Shown here: one piece after another, positions 11,495 through 24,074 of the stretch
How the letters are laid out: each line of letters begins with the position of its first letter
How positions within the stretch are numbered: position 1 is the first letter of the stretch
Assembly: GCA_951406725.2 (NCBI GenBank)
Contig: OX597826.1
Span: forward strand, 63,426,001-63,490,000
Reading direction: 5' to 3'
DNA: 64,000 bases
Source: Octopus vulgaris
Lineage: Eukaryota
Notes under the pieces: model-generated
Told to the model about the DNA's origin: nothing
Database searches by the model: none
The model's input: the letters and a program-made list of their open reading frames with translations, nothing else
Made by a program: the position numbers and the translations under genes

Positions 11495-12030
11495 AAAATA
11501 AATATAAGAGAATGGTCACTATGTGGCTCATTCTAGCACTAGAAAATCCAAAAGGTTTCAACCACAAAAATACATGTTTCCTATGAAAGTCAGTACGATT
11601 GTTAGCTCACACGAACAGGGCAAATAAAAAATAACAAAAATACAGATTATTTTGGGACAATTGTTTCGCTAGTTTGGCACGCTGTTGGTAAGGGCATTTG
11701 AATTATAACGTCGGATGTAATCAATTGAACCACACGTGTATTTATCGTTATGGTAAAATCTGGCGTGTGATTGAGTGGATTTCATCCAGATAGTTTTGGC
11801 TGAGGAGCTACAAGTGGGTTTTTTGTAAGTAAAATTACATTTAATTCATTAATAGCGAAACAATTGTCCCAAAATAATCTGTATTTTTGTTATTTTTTAT
11901 TTGCCCTGTTCGTGTGAGCTAACAATCGTACTGACTTTCATAGGAAACATGTATTTTTGTGGTTGAAACCTTTTGGATTTTCTAGTGCTAGAATGAGCCA
12001 CATAGTGACCATTCTCTTATATTTATTTTT
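11495..12030. mobile_element. Penelope-like fold-back element: ~177-bp inverted arms around a hammerhead-containing spacer
   Basis: 11495-11671 reads as the exact reverse complement of 11853-12029; inserted in a TA-rich microsatellite region. Confidence 0.7.
11794..11874 (+). ncRNA. Minimal type I hammerhead ribozyme motif (intact core)
   Basis: TTTTGG-CTGAGGA-GCTA[42 nt]TAGC-GAAA-CAATTG-TC-CCAAAA: stem I 6 bp, CUGANGA, stem II 4 bp, GAAA, palindromic stem III, GUC cleavage triplet. Confidence 0.75.
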
Positions 12031-12038
12031 ATATATAT

Positions 12039-12184
12039 ATACTTAATAATTAGGGTTCAGCAAAGATTTACTTCACCACATACCGAAGTTTAGAAATAGC
12101 AGCCAAAAAACGTTTTTTGGCTGCTCTTTCTAAATTTCGGTATGTGGTAAAGCAAATCTTTACTGAACCCTAATTATTAAGTAT
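12039..12184. repeat. Near-perfect 146-bp palindrome (Penelope-like end sequence)
   Basis: Centre AAAAAACG|TTTTTT region at 12111/12112 with ~73-bp arms and few mismatches; contains TAGAAATAGCAGCCAAA. Confidence 0.85.
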
Positions 12185-12442
12185 TACCTAAGTTTACCAT
12201 GAATTGGTCCTTTTTTCATGCCGAATTCTACTTGGTGAAATTATTGATTACTTCTTAATTAATTAATTTTACCCTTTGTTATTACTATATATATATATAT
12301 ATATATAAGGCCATGTCAGGTTATATATATATCTATATATATAAGGCATGATAGAGGCACTGGTTGAACCAAACTTGGACATAAGTGGTACCAACAACAA
12401 TGACAATATATATATAGATGTGTGTGTGTATATATATATATA

Positions 12443-13230
12443 CTAGCAGCATAGCCCGGCGTTGCCCGGGTATGTAAGAGCCCCTAGAAGGCAACGACTA
12501 ATCCCAATCTAGTCCTTTCCCTCTAGGGGACGAAGGCGCATGTGTAGGTTGCAATGTCTTCTCTTCACTCCCAAATAACTATCAAACAGCTATCGATAAT
12601 TCAACCCAACCAATTCCTACCAGGAAGAAATTACATTCGAGACTTTACCCCCAATAGCTGCTGCAGCCGCAAGTTATTCGAATACTTTTTTTGTTTACAC
12701 TTTCTTTATAACTACCACCCCAAACGTTTTACCTTAAATTTTTGACATACCCTAAGGGTCCTCGGACGCTACTTGCAAACTTTTGGTTTATTATAAACCG
12801 CTTTTGTCGTGTGCATCAAAAAACCCTTTCCATTTGTTTGTTCAGTTTGGTCACTTTTGACTTTTTCGTTGTTGTCATTCACATTGCTGCACGCTTTTTT
12901 GCCATTTTTGTACATTTTTATACATTTTGGGATACTTACCCCACGTGTTTCGAGAGTTAAAAAGGTCGAGTTGCGTCCCCTAGACAGTCTGTAGAAAATG
13001 TGTTGCATATAAAAAGCTTAGATTCTCAACCCATGTCGAATTTATTGATTTTTTTCAGAACTGGGGGAACTTTTCAAAATTTTCGCTGTGTTAGTTTTGA
13101 ATTATGACATTGGGCTATGTGTGTGTCAAGTTTCATTAGAATCGGTTGAAAGCAGTGGTCAGGGTGAGGGTACAACCTGACAGACATACAGACACACAGA
13201 CAGACAAACTGCCGTTTATATATAGAGAGA
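12443..13230 (-). mobile_element. Non-autonomous Helitron (second family)
   Basis: Minus strand starts A|TCTCTCTATATATAAA...GTCTGTCTGTGTG and ends CCCGGGCAACGCCGGGCTATGCTGCTAG|T. Confidence 0.8.
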
Positions 13231-13506
13231 TATATTGATAGAAATGGTAAGACAACAAAAGAATGAAAGAGACCTTGATATTATATAAATAAAGGAATTT
13301 ATCTGTAAATATAATATGTGACAATTATTCAGTAGCCATGATAAAACTCAGAGTTTCAGAGGTCGGGGCAGAAGCCCACGCCGCCATCTCATCGGAAAAA
13401 ATGCTATGAAAATCCTGTCAAGATGTCAGTGGGTCATCCCGAGTTGAGCGAAAGCCCATCCCACGGGATTGGTCACGGTCGGGACTGCCCTCGGGTATGA
13501 GCTGAC

Positions 13507-13554
<48 letters not shown>

Positions 13555-13889
13555 TTATATATATATATTGGGTATGACTTGGTGGCAGAAAAATAATTTG
13601 TGTTCAGTGTGATGATGAGGAATACAAAGTAACCACAATACACACACACACACACACACACAATATGGTTCCTCTACTTCAATTTTAACAAAAGACAACG
13701 TAATGACACTTCACTATTAAAATAGCACAACTGATGGCACTTCACTATAACTATAACACATATGACCACCCTCTTACTGCTATGACAGTATACATGATAA
13801 CACTTCAGTGTTACAATAAGTACCATTATATGTACTGTTGTTGAAATGAAGTGTCATATGAGCCATTATATTTTTACATTCGTATTTAT

Positions 13890-14156
13890 CACGGCCGTTG
13901 CCAGCCTCGCCTGGCCCCAGTGCTGGTGGCACATAAAAAGCACCATCCGATCGTGGTCGTTTGCCAGACTCGTCTGGCACGTAAAAAGCACCCACTACAC
14001 TCATGGAGTGGTTGGCGTTAGGAAGGGCATTCAGCCGTAGAAACATTGCCAGATCAAACTGGGCCTGGTGCAGCCTTCTGGCTTCCCAGACCCCAGTTGA
14101 ACCATCCAACCCATGCTAGCATGGAAAGCGGATGCTAAACGATGATGATGATGATG
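13890..14156 (+). mobile_element. SINE-like element with (GAT)n tail, family C
   Basis: GGAGTGGTTGGCGTTAGGAAGGGCATCCAGC...CCAACCCATGCTAGCATGGAAAGCGGA...(GAT)n. Other copies near 10960-11216, 17040-17276, 32265-32455, 47165-47585 and 58740-58960. Confidence 0.8.
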
Positions 14157-14376
14157 AAGGGGTGCTGAACAGTTCCAGGTTTTTCCTGGGTAAAAGAAAA
14201 GACAAGAGGATCAGTTAATTATGATTTTGTTCAACAAATTCCCCTCTCAGGTTCATACATTTATTGCAGCAGTCCTACAGTTTTTCTAAGCCCTGTAAAA
14301 GAACTTGGAATGTCGGGCCTCCACCCAGGCCTTTTGTGATACCCTTAAAACCAGGAACTTTTCAGTACCCCCTCGT
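14156..14376. mobile_element. Mariner-type MITE
   Basis: TIR GAAGGGGTGCTGAACAGTTCC / GGAACTTTTCAGTACCCCCTCG|TA; a second copy at 33197-33805 is interrupted by a SINE. Confidence 0.6.
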
Positions 14377-14539
14377 ATGATCAACTAGCTGTATGCAATA
14401 GGTCTTTTCAGTCAAAACTGACACTGGACTACATAACAACTATGAATTTTGCACTAAATTAATTTCACTCATGCTAGCTGGTATGGACAAAACGGATGTT
14501 AAAACAGCAATTTTTTATCATGGCTGTTGTTTAAGAATG

Positions 14540-14851
14540 TGAAGGCACATGGCCTAGTGGTTAGAGTATTCAGCTCATAATCTCAAGGTCATGAGTTCAA
14601 TTCCCAGGAACATGTCATGTCTTTGAGCAAGACACTTTATTTCACATTGCTCCAGACCAAAAATGTTTAGTACCTGTATTTCAAAGGGCCAGCCTTGTCA
14701 CACTCTGTGTCACATTGACTTCCCCTGAGAACTACATTAAGGGTACATGTGTCTGTGAAGTACTTAGCCACTTGCACATTAATTTCACAAGCAGGCTGTT
14801 CCAGTGATCAGATCAACTGAAACCCTTGTCATCATAACTGATGGAGTGCCA
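14540..14851 (+). mobile_element. tRNA-derived SINE, family E
   Basis: Head GGCCTAGTGGTTAGAG...GAGTTCAATTCCC; homologous copies at 17855-18005 (-) and 25437-25765 (-). Confidence 0.8.
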
Positions 14852-15909
14852 TTTGTTTAATAATTCACAGAATATGTCAGTATGTATATTTATGTGTGTC
14901 CGTGTAATCTTCAGTTTCCATATTTCTAAATGTAGAATTCCAAAAAATATTCTCAAAAATGTTGCAGCTAAAAATTTGAGTGAGTGAAGAACAAATTAAA
15001 AATTTGAAAAATTTGAAAAACTATAGTTTTTGCAGAACTTTATTGTTGAAAGTAGGAATCATAAAACATTTTAAAAAGAAAAAAATGTTGTAAATGTGGT
15101 GTTGGATTCGATATAGCTGTCTAGATATTGTCAAATAGTATCAATAATTCTCTTCTTTTGGCATATCTGCACAAGTGTACCCCTCTGAATTTGTTTCCTT
15201 GTAACTGTAAGAAAATTAGATATTTTTAAATGGAATTTTCTGCAAATATCCTTCAGATTGTGTCTATTCTGATAGTACAGGAATTTGCAGGAAAAGTAGA
15301 ATTTTTTGGAGGCTGGAGGAGTTTCAGATAATTGACACGAGTTTAATTCGTTTCTTCATAGCTTTTAGAAACGTGTAATTTTTGATGAAATATCTATGTG
15401 TGTCCGTGTGTGAACGTTTTCGTCTCCTTATCTTGACATTGCATGATAGTTGTAAATGAGTCTCACTGTCATGCAAGCAGTGTCATTGATTTAATAAATT
15501 TCACTCATTCTAGCTTGTATGGATAATACAGATGACAAGAGAGCAATGTTTTATCACGGCTGTTGTTTTGATAATTTACAACAGGACATTTCAGTATACA
15601 TGAATGTATGTGTATCTGCATGCATGTGTGTGTCAGTTTGTGTATGTTTGTATCTCTTTGTCTTGGACATTGCACAATAGTTGTAAACGAATGTCACTGC
15701 CATACAAGCAGTGTCGTTGATTTCCAGTATTCCGCAAGAACGTGTCTGGCCACAGGGAAATATTATATCACTTGGAAACAGGTAAGGGTTGGCAACAGGA
15801 AGAGCATCTGGCTGTAAAAAAAATCCGCCTTAGTAAACTCCATCTGCCCCATGCAAACATGGAAAAGAGGACATTAAATTGATGATGATGGTGATGGTGG
15901 TGGTGGTGG

Positions 15910-15956
<47 letters not shown>

Positions 15957-16097
15957 CTCTTCACTCAGACTTCCTAAAAATTCAACATTCACGACAATTG
16001 CTATTTAGCTCTACAAGCCACATTGCAGCAGATTCAACACTAGTCTATTTGACACCAGACATTTTAATGTTTCTCTCATTCTCTTTCTCCCCACCTT

Positions 16098-16098
<1 letters not shown>

Positions 16099-16134
<36 letters not shown>

Positions 16135-16162
16135 TATATACTACTACTACTACTACTACTAC

Positions 16163-16220
<58 letters not shown>
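16099..16220. repeat. Compound microsatellite (CT)n(CA)n(TAC)n(AAT)n
   Basis: Directly visible. Confidence 0.95.
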
Positions 16221-16372
16221 GCACCAACGGTAACCCTGTTAGTTTGAAATTATTCCTAAGAGAAAGCAGTTATTTCGTTTACTGTGTCATGGGTTTTTAT
16301 TCTAAATCAAATGCGTAGTTGAACAACAAAATGTAGTATGCGTACGTGGGGAAATAGAGAGAGAGAGAGAGG

Positions 16373-16413
<41 letters not shown>

Positions 16414-16721
16414 ACTGCTTGGTCATTTTCCAGGTCAGTCCTTAATGAGTTTCCCAATTTAGTAAACAATTCTCTCTTTCCATCTCTCTCTCTCTCTCTC
16501 TCTCTCCCTCTTAATTTGTATGTGTACATTTCTGTAAGCATAAGCAAGTATGTACGTATGTTTGCCTCTAGTGCCAAAAAAAGTAACTAAAAGTAACTAA
16601 AAGAGGCTCAATGTCCATTCAACCATGCCAAATAACCAGCATGCAAAACAGTGGTGATCAATCATCTCATTCCTTATTCCAGAGGGCAGTAATTTAAAAT
16701 AAGGACACAGACTACTGGAGA

Positions 16722-16963
16722 ATTCTTATTTCTTTATTGCCCATGAGGGGCTAAACATAGAGGGGACAAACAAGGACAAACAAGGACAGACAAAGGGATT
16801 AAGTCGATTACATCGACCCCAATGCATAAATGGTACTTAATTTATCGACTCTGAAAGGATGAAAGGCAAAGTCGACCTCGGTGGAATTTGAACTCAGAAT
16901 GTAACGGCAGACAAAATACCGCTAAGCATTTCACCCAGCGTGCTAACGTTTCTGCCAGCTCAC
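16722..16963 (-). mobile_element. tRNA-derived SINE, family B (~230 bp)
   Basis: GAGCTGGCAGAAACGTTAGCACG...GAGTTCAAATTCC...GCCTTTCATCCTTTC...GTACCA. Copies at 18092-18430, 24760-24940, 27800-28033, 43060-43245, 48260-48460, 52352-52762, 54955-55190 and 61378-61600. Confidence 0.85.
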
Positions 16964-17339
16964 TGGGGGAATTCTGTAGCCCACCTCCTATATAGTGTAG
17001 TTCCTATAGTGATATTGGTTCTATAATATGTACTCAGAACGCCAGCCTGGCCGTTCGCCAGCCTCATCTGGTACATGTGTCGGTGGCACATAAAAAGCAC
17101 CCACTACACTCACGGAGTGGTTGGCATTAGGAAGGGCATCCAGCTGTAGAAACACCGCCAGATCTGACTGGCCTGGTGCAGCTTTCGGGCTTCCCAGACC
17201 CCAGTTGAACCGTCCAACCCATGCTAGCATGGAAAGCGGATGTTAAACGATGATGATGATGATGATGATGATGATGTTGGTGATAGAAAGAGCATCCAAC
17301 TATTGTAGCCATGCCAAAAGATGGTGTGTACCAATTAGA

Positions 17340-17731
17340 CACTAGACTCTACAAACTACAATGCAACGCCGCCGCCGTGGTGATCTCATTCTTGCTCACA
17401 ACATCATAAGTGGAAAGTGTAACCTCTCAAAAAGAGCTGTTCTTCACTCCTGCTCCAGAGCATCGGCTGCGGGGTCACTGCGAAAAGCTCTATCTGCGAC
17501 AATTTCATCTCAATCGAAGGAGAGGGGCTTTCTCCATCCAGGTTGTGGATCCATGGAATAAGCTGCTGGACGAGATAGTGAAGATGCCGACGACCGCTCG
17601 GTTCAAAGTCTCTCTTGACCAGAAATGGCCTGAACTCTTTGCATGAACACCCTCCCTGTACATAACTCCATGTCCCCCTACATGGCCTTGCTTTTTGCTT
17701 TTTGAGCCAAAAAATTAACTTAACTTAACTT
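17340..17731 (+). mobile_element. CR1-group LINE 3' end
   Basis: QRRRRGDLILAHNII / HRLRGHCEKL...RRGAFSIQVVDPWNKL...FKVSLD (CR1 ORF2 C-terminal motifs, one frameshift), followed by a short UTR and (TAACT)n tail. Confidence 0.8.
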
Positions 17732-19059
17732 ACCCACCAAAGCGGGTAGTAATTCCAAATGAGAAATTGATACAGAGTAGAGGATTCTTTTGGTTTTATT
17801 GTTTAATGCTGGTAGTATGATAAAAGGTACTGTGTCTGCATTCTTACACATAACTGGCATTCCGTCAGCTTTGATGACAAGGGTTCCAGTTGATCCGATC
17901 AATGGAACATCCTGCTCATGAAATTAGTGTGCATGTGGCTGAGTACTCCACAGACACATGTACCCTTAACATAGTTCTCAGGGAGATTCAGCATGACACA
18001 GAGTGATTTTTTTATTTCCCACAAGGGGACAACATAGTTAAGGGACAATACAATCTGATTGGGGTCAGATGGACGGATGGATATAACATAAAGGCAGCAA
18101 GCTGGCAGAAACGTTAGCACGCCGGGTGAGATGCTTAGTGGTATTTCGTCTGCCGTTACGTTCTGAGTTCAAATTCCGCCGAGGTCGACTTTGCCTTTCA
18201 TCTTTTCGGGGTCAATTAAATAAGTACCAGTTATGCACTGGGTTGATATAATCGACTTTATCCGTTTTTCTGTCCTTGTTTGTCCCCTCTATGTTTAGCC
18301 CCTTGTGGGCAATAAAGAAATAAGAATGGTCGTTTAAATAAGTACCAGTTACGCACTGGGGTTGATATAATCGACTTAATCCGTTTGTCCCCTTTGTGTT
18401 TAGCCCCTTGGGGGCAGTAAAGAAATAGGATGGATATAACATAAAGATGACATTAAAAATTCACAAAAAATGATACTAAGGGTGACTTTGTCTTTCATCC
18501 TTTCAGGGTTGATAAAATAAGCAATGGTTGAGCACTGGGATCAATGTAATTGACTAGTCCCTTCTCCCAAAATTTCAGGCCTTGTATGTTTACAGGATTA
18601 TTATCATTATTATATTAAGGCAGTGATTTGGTAGAATTATAAGCACACTAGAGAAAATGCTTAACAGCTTTCCTTCCAGCTCTTTTACATTCTGAGTTCA
18701 AATTCTTCCAAGGCCAGTTTTACCTTTCATCTTTTCAGAGTTGATGAATTGAAGTACCAGTTGAGCATTTGAGTTGAAGTAACTAGCTAACCTCCTTCCA
18801 TTAAAATTGCTGGCTTTGTGCCAAACTTAGAAAGGATTATTATTATTATAAAGGTTGCTGGCAATCATTTGCATATTAGATAAAATATTTAGTGGCAGTT
18901 CCAAGTTCATATCCTGCCAAGGTAGTGTTTTCCTTTCATCTTTTTGGGGCCATTAAAGTAAGCACAGTCAAACACTTGGGTTGATGTAACTGATTTGTCC
19001 CTTCTCCTCAAAATTGCTAGCTTTGTGCCAGAAGCAGCAAAAAAAATTATTACTAGGCA

Positions 19060-19430
19060 CAGGAATGGCTGTGTGGTAAGAAGCTTGCTTCCCAACCAGA
19101 GGGTTCCGGGTTCAGTTCCGCTACATAACACCTCGGGCAAGTGTCTTCTACAACAGCCTTGGGCCGACCAAAGCCTTGTGAGAGGATTTAGTAGATGGAA
19201 ACTGAAAGGAGCCCATCATGTATATATTTATGTGTGTGTCTTTGTTTGTCCCCAACCATCTCTTGACAACCGATGTTGGTATGTTTATGTCCCCGAAAAT
19301 TAACAGTTCAGCAAAAAAAACTGATAGAATAGGTACTAGGCTTACAAAGACTAAATCCTGAAGTTGATTTCTTTGACAAAAGGTGGTGCTCCAGCATGGT
19401 AGCAGTCAAATGACTGAAACATATAAAAGA
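19060..19430 (+). mobile_element. SINE family A (older copy)
   Basis: Homologous to 2325-2731. Confidence 0.8.
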
Positions 19431-19754
19431 GCTTTATTATAAGTTATTGTTGTTGGCTTTGTCCCAAATTTTGAAAACATTATTATAAGTTACTGAGAGA
19501 CCCATCGAACTCAAACCACCATGGAAGAAACAGACAGAATGACAATGATGATGATATACAGAATTCATCCTCCTTCTCATTATCATTCAACATTCATTTT
19601 ACCACCCTGGCATGGGTTGAACAGTTTGACAGGAGCTGGTAAAGCTGGGGAGGGGGGCAGTGTTTATGCCAGGTTCCAATGTCTGTTCTGGCATGGTTTC
19701 TATGGCTGAATGCCCTTCTTAACACCAACCATTTTACAGATTGTTGAATATGCT

Positions 19755-20082
19755 GAGACCCCCTTTGGTCATGAATGACCATGGGATTGCACCTAGAAAG
19801 TTACCCTCTCAGACACAAGTCCAGGCAAGGTTGTTTATGGAAGACCAGCAGTCGCCCATGCATATCAGCCTCCCCTCTCTACGCCACTGATGTTATCCAA
19901 AGGAAAGGCAAAGGCCAATACAGGTTGGCACTTGTGACGTCGCAACTCATTCCTACAACTGAGTGAACTGGAGCAACATGAAATAAAGTGTCTTGCTCAA
20001 GAACACAACATGTAGTCTTGTCCAGGATTCGAATTCACAACCTCATGATCGTAAGCTTGATGCTCTGACCACTGAGCCATAC
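19755..20082 (-). mobile_element. tRNA-derived SINE, family F
   Basis: Head TGGCTCAGTGGTCAGAGC...GAATTCGAATCC on the minus strand; second copy at 54415-54753. Confidence 0.8.
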
Positions 20083-23000
20083 TGCATGCTTTTTAAATAA
20101 GAACCTGTTGAGCACCGGGGTCAATGTAATTGACTGACCCCTTCTCCCAAAATTTCAGGCCTTCTACCAACCCACTCCCCCACAAAAGCAATAAACAAAT
20201 CATTTCTTTTATAGAAGCAATTTATTTCCAGACAATCATTACATTTTCAATGAAATCATTAATATTTCATCATTAATACCATTATTATTGTCATAAAATA
20301 TTGAACTAAATGAATATTTATTCTAAGGCACCAATTTATCACAAACATTTCAGATAAAACTGAAGTTTTCCATTATTAATATGAGGAAAACCTGGACACA
20401 GGTAGGGAGTAGCATATATATATCTTAATATTACTTTGTTTTTTTTTTGATATTTTTTTTTCTTTTGCTGTTTTACAATTAATTCTTGGTAATTATGTGG
20501 TCATTTCACCATTTAGATATATTTTGAAATATTCAAACTGTTTCTTCTAAACTCTCAGTTCTGCTCATCTTTTTCCTTTTTCATTGTTCCTTTCTTTTTT
20601 TTTTTTCGTTACAAATAATAATCGACGTTATTCGAGTCTTATACCACTGGAATATCCTCTTTCATCTGCTGCTTTATTGAAACAGTCGATTTTCTTCTTC
20701 ATTTTTTTTTTGTTTGTATTTTCTTTTGTTTTTTTTTAGTGTGGATAGCATGTATTTATTAAATAACATTTATAATATATAAAATAAAATAGTTTCAGCA
20801 AAGGTAAAAATAAAACATCATTATAGTAGTTTATGGTAAAATAACATTGTTATCAATTTAATATTATTCTGACAAACTGAAATTACTCTGACACCATTTC
20901 ATAACTTATTTTACGTGTGAACTTTTCATATTCTTAATCCTCAACAATTAGTTCAATTCACTTATTAACATTCCTAATTAACATAGATTTAAGAGTATGG
21001 AAAAATTATATGTGATATTAGCTGGCCTTTATTTTTTTTTTTATAAGCAAGGAGTAGACTCCTTAACTCTATGGTACTTGTACCTGAACATCAAAAATAG
21101 TCAATGAAATTATCAATATAATGTTCTGATAACCACATCTTTCCCTAGGGAACTGGTAATATAAATGAAGTAAAATAGCTAAAAATCAAAAATCAAAACA
21201 GGAACACATGTTATGGTCACCAAAATATTTTCAGTTCTAAAGTTGTTAAGACTGTTTGCCGCTAAAAGATAGCAATTGTCATAAATTATTTCTATAATCT
21301 ATTTTTTCAGTAATCTTCTATTTCAAGAATGTATAAAACACAACAGTCGTAAAAATCAAATAAACCACTAAAAGTCTCTGGTTGGTCTCTATAAAACAAA
21401 TATGTTCTGGTAAAGCTTTATATTTCAAGGATTATAGAGTGACTATAATAATAATAATAATAATAATAGTTCTTTCTATTATAAGCACAAGGTCTGAAAT
21501 TTTGGCGGAGGGTTGCTAGTCAAATTACATTGACCCATTGCACAACTGGTACTTATTTCATCAACCCCAAAAGGATGAAAGACAAAGATGACCTCAACAG
21601 AATTTGAACTCAGAACATATAGTGGGACAAAATACTACTAAGCATTTTGTCCAGCATGCTACAATTCAGCCAGCTTACCGCCTGAATAATAATAATTTCT
21701 AACAGGTATAAGACCAGTAATTTGGAGGAAGAACAGTTGAAGTGTATCAACCCCAGTACTCAGCTGGTACTTTATTTTATCAACCCATGGGAGGATGAGC
21801 AGTAAAGTTGATTTTGGTAAGGTCTGAGCAGAGAAAGCAAAGGGTCCATGACTAATTGCCAAAACGCATTATATGCAATAATATGCTCAATTCTGCCAAT
21901 CCACCAATAATATTAATAATCAAGGTTGTTAATATCCACAATGTTTTATATTTAATTGTATTGATATTGGTGATACTGGATATATGTGTGTATGAATAAA
22001 TAAGTAAGACTATCTACTTTTTAACTGTTATTAAAGTAGGGTTTTCTGTGGGTGGGCAGGGGTTTGGATTATGAATACACTAAACAGGTAAATATGTTAT
22101 AAATCTTATTTTATATAACTTCATAATAATCTTAACACAAAGATATAGTTGTTGTAACGCTAAAGATGACTAGATATCTACTAATATATTCCATGGTTAA
22201 ATATTTTTTAATATAGCTCCAAGATGGAAATAGCTCACTGGCTGAAATGAGGTAAAAAATGTATGTAATTGATAGTTATGGAGTTAAAATTTTCTATGTT
22301 TTCTATATTTTTTAATAACATATTTTTAATTGCATAATAATTTGCATGTTCAACTTAAACTGAATGTGATGTTTAGATCACCTTAACATGTTAACCACCC
22401 TGGAACTTAGCAGTGACACTTTTATATTTCCAGTCACCCAGCATACTGTTTAATTACAAATTTTTTCTTTGCATTTTTACAATATTTCATAATTAAACTT
22501 TAATATCTAGCACTCATGTTATTTAAATATCCTTGAAACCCTGTCAAAGATAGAGAATAAAATATTTTCTCAAGTTATGAAAATGTACCCCCAGTGGTGC
22601 TTATAGTGATTGTGTGAAGTTTGTGATGAACCACCGGTGGTACATGTGGCTGTTAACATCCAGAGATACTACCACATGTTTATGAACACATGCTCAAAAT
22701 GAGATAGTATCTCTGAACATTCACAGCAGGTTAAGCCAGTCTAAATAACACATTCCAATTTAAGTTGGACACGCTAATTATTACTCATTACAAACATGGC
22801 TACTGTTGCTAATAGCTAATTTATATTTCTAATCAAAACACTAAATGTCTTTTTTTTTTCTTTTGTTTCTCATACTATTTTTATAGCTAATTATTTCTAA
22901 TTTAGGCACAAAGCCTGCAAATTTGAGAAGAGGGGATAATCAATTACAATGACCCCAGTTCTCGACTGATGATTTACATTTAGTTTATTGAGCCTGGAAG

Positions 23001-24043
23001 GATGAAAATCAAAGTTGGTTACAGTGAGATTTAAACTCAGTACCTAAAGAGCCAGAAGAAATACAAGACACTAATTATTCTGCCAATATACTGCTCTAAT
23101 TACTATTTTATAATTAATGACATCTTATGACAAGAATCAAGATCAATTATCTATAAAGGGATGAGGTATTGTTAATCAAACTGACCCCAGCATATTCTTC
23201 ATGTTAAACAACTTTGTAAAACCAAAAACAATGAGAACTTTAATAGGGGTTTAAACTCAGAATATAGACAGATGAAACCAAATATTATAATGTAACTTCT
23301 AGTTCAGCAATCCATAATTTTAACCAACACGCCATCCTAGAATTCTTCATACATAATGGAAGAATTTAATTTCCATTTTAAAAAAAATACCATAATTTTG
23401 TTTTTGTGGTACATTTTTTTTTTAATCCTATGGAAGACCGTTTCTTTTAAAGTTAGATGAACTACCTAGGTGTGTGTCATTCTTTGCAATGGCACGGACA
23501 AACAATACTAAATCATTTATTACTAAAACTTTAATTAAATTATCAAGACCTACATTACTGTAATAATAATTATTATTCTTTTTAAAGGGTTTGATGTTTA
23601 ATTAATAGAAGGTAAAACAAAGATACTTTTGTTTTTTAAAACGAAACATTGCCTCCCACCTCATACAAAGCCAATAGATATATATCTAAAATATCACGAG
23701 ATAATAAATCAAATATATTTAGTCAATTTCATGAAGCATAAATATAAATTTCTTTTGTTTTTAAAGTACAAAGCCTGTTGAGGTGGGTGGGAAAGTTTCA
23801 TCGACAGATATGACACCAGTGTATAACTGGTATTGTTATCAATCTGAGCAATGCCTGGGTCAGGATCTAAGTGACACAAAAACTGAATAGTATTATGCAT
23901 TTAGTTTGGTCACTCTCTTTAGTTCCATATCCACTGCTATTTTTTTTTTTATCATGGAAAAGAGATTCCAAGAATCTCAGAAAGATAACCATCCTTCATG
24001 AAACAAAGATCTTCCAAGAATCAAAAAACACAATAATGATGGC

Positions 24044-24074
<31 letters not shown>

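Noticed and set aside
15768-15992. Poly-His ORF
   Set aside because: Translation of a (GAT/GGT)n SINE tail.
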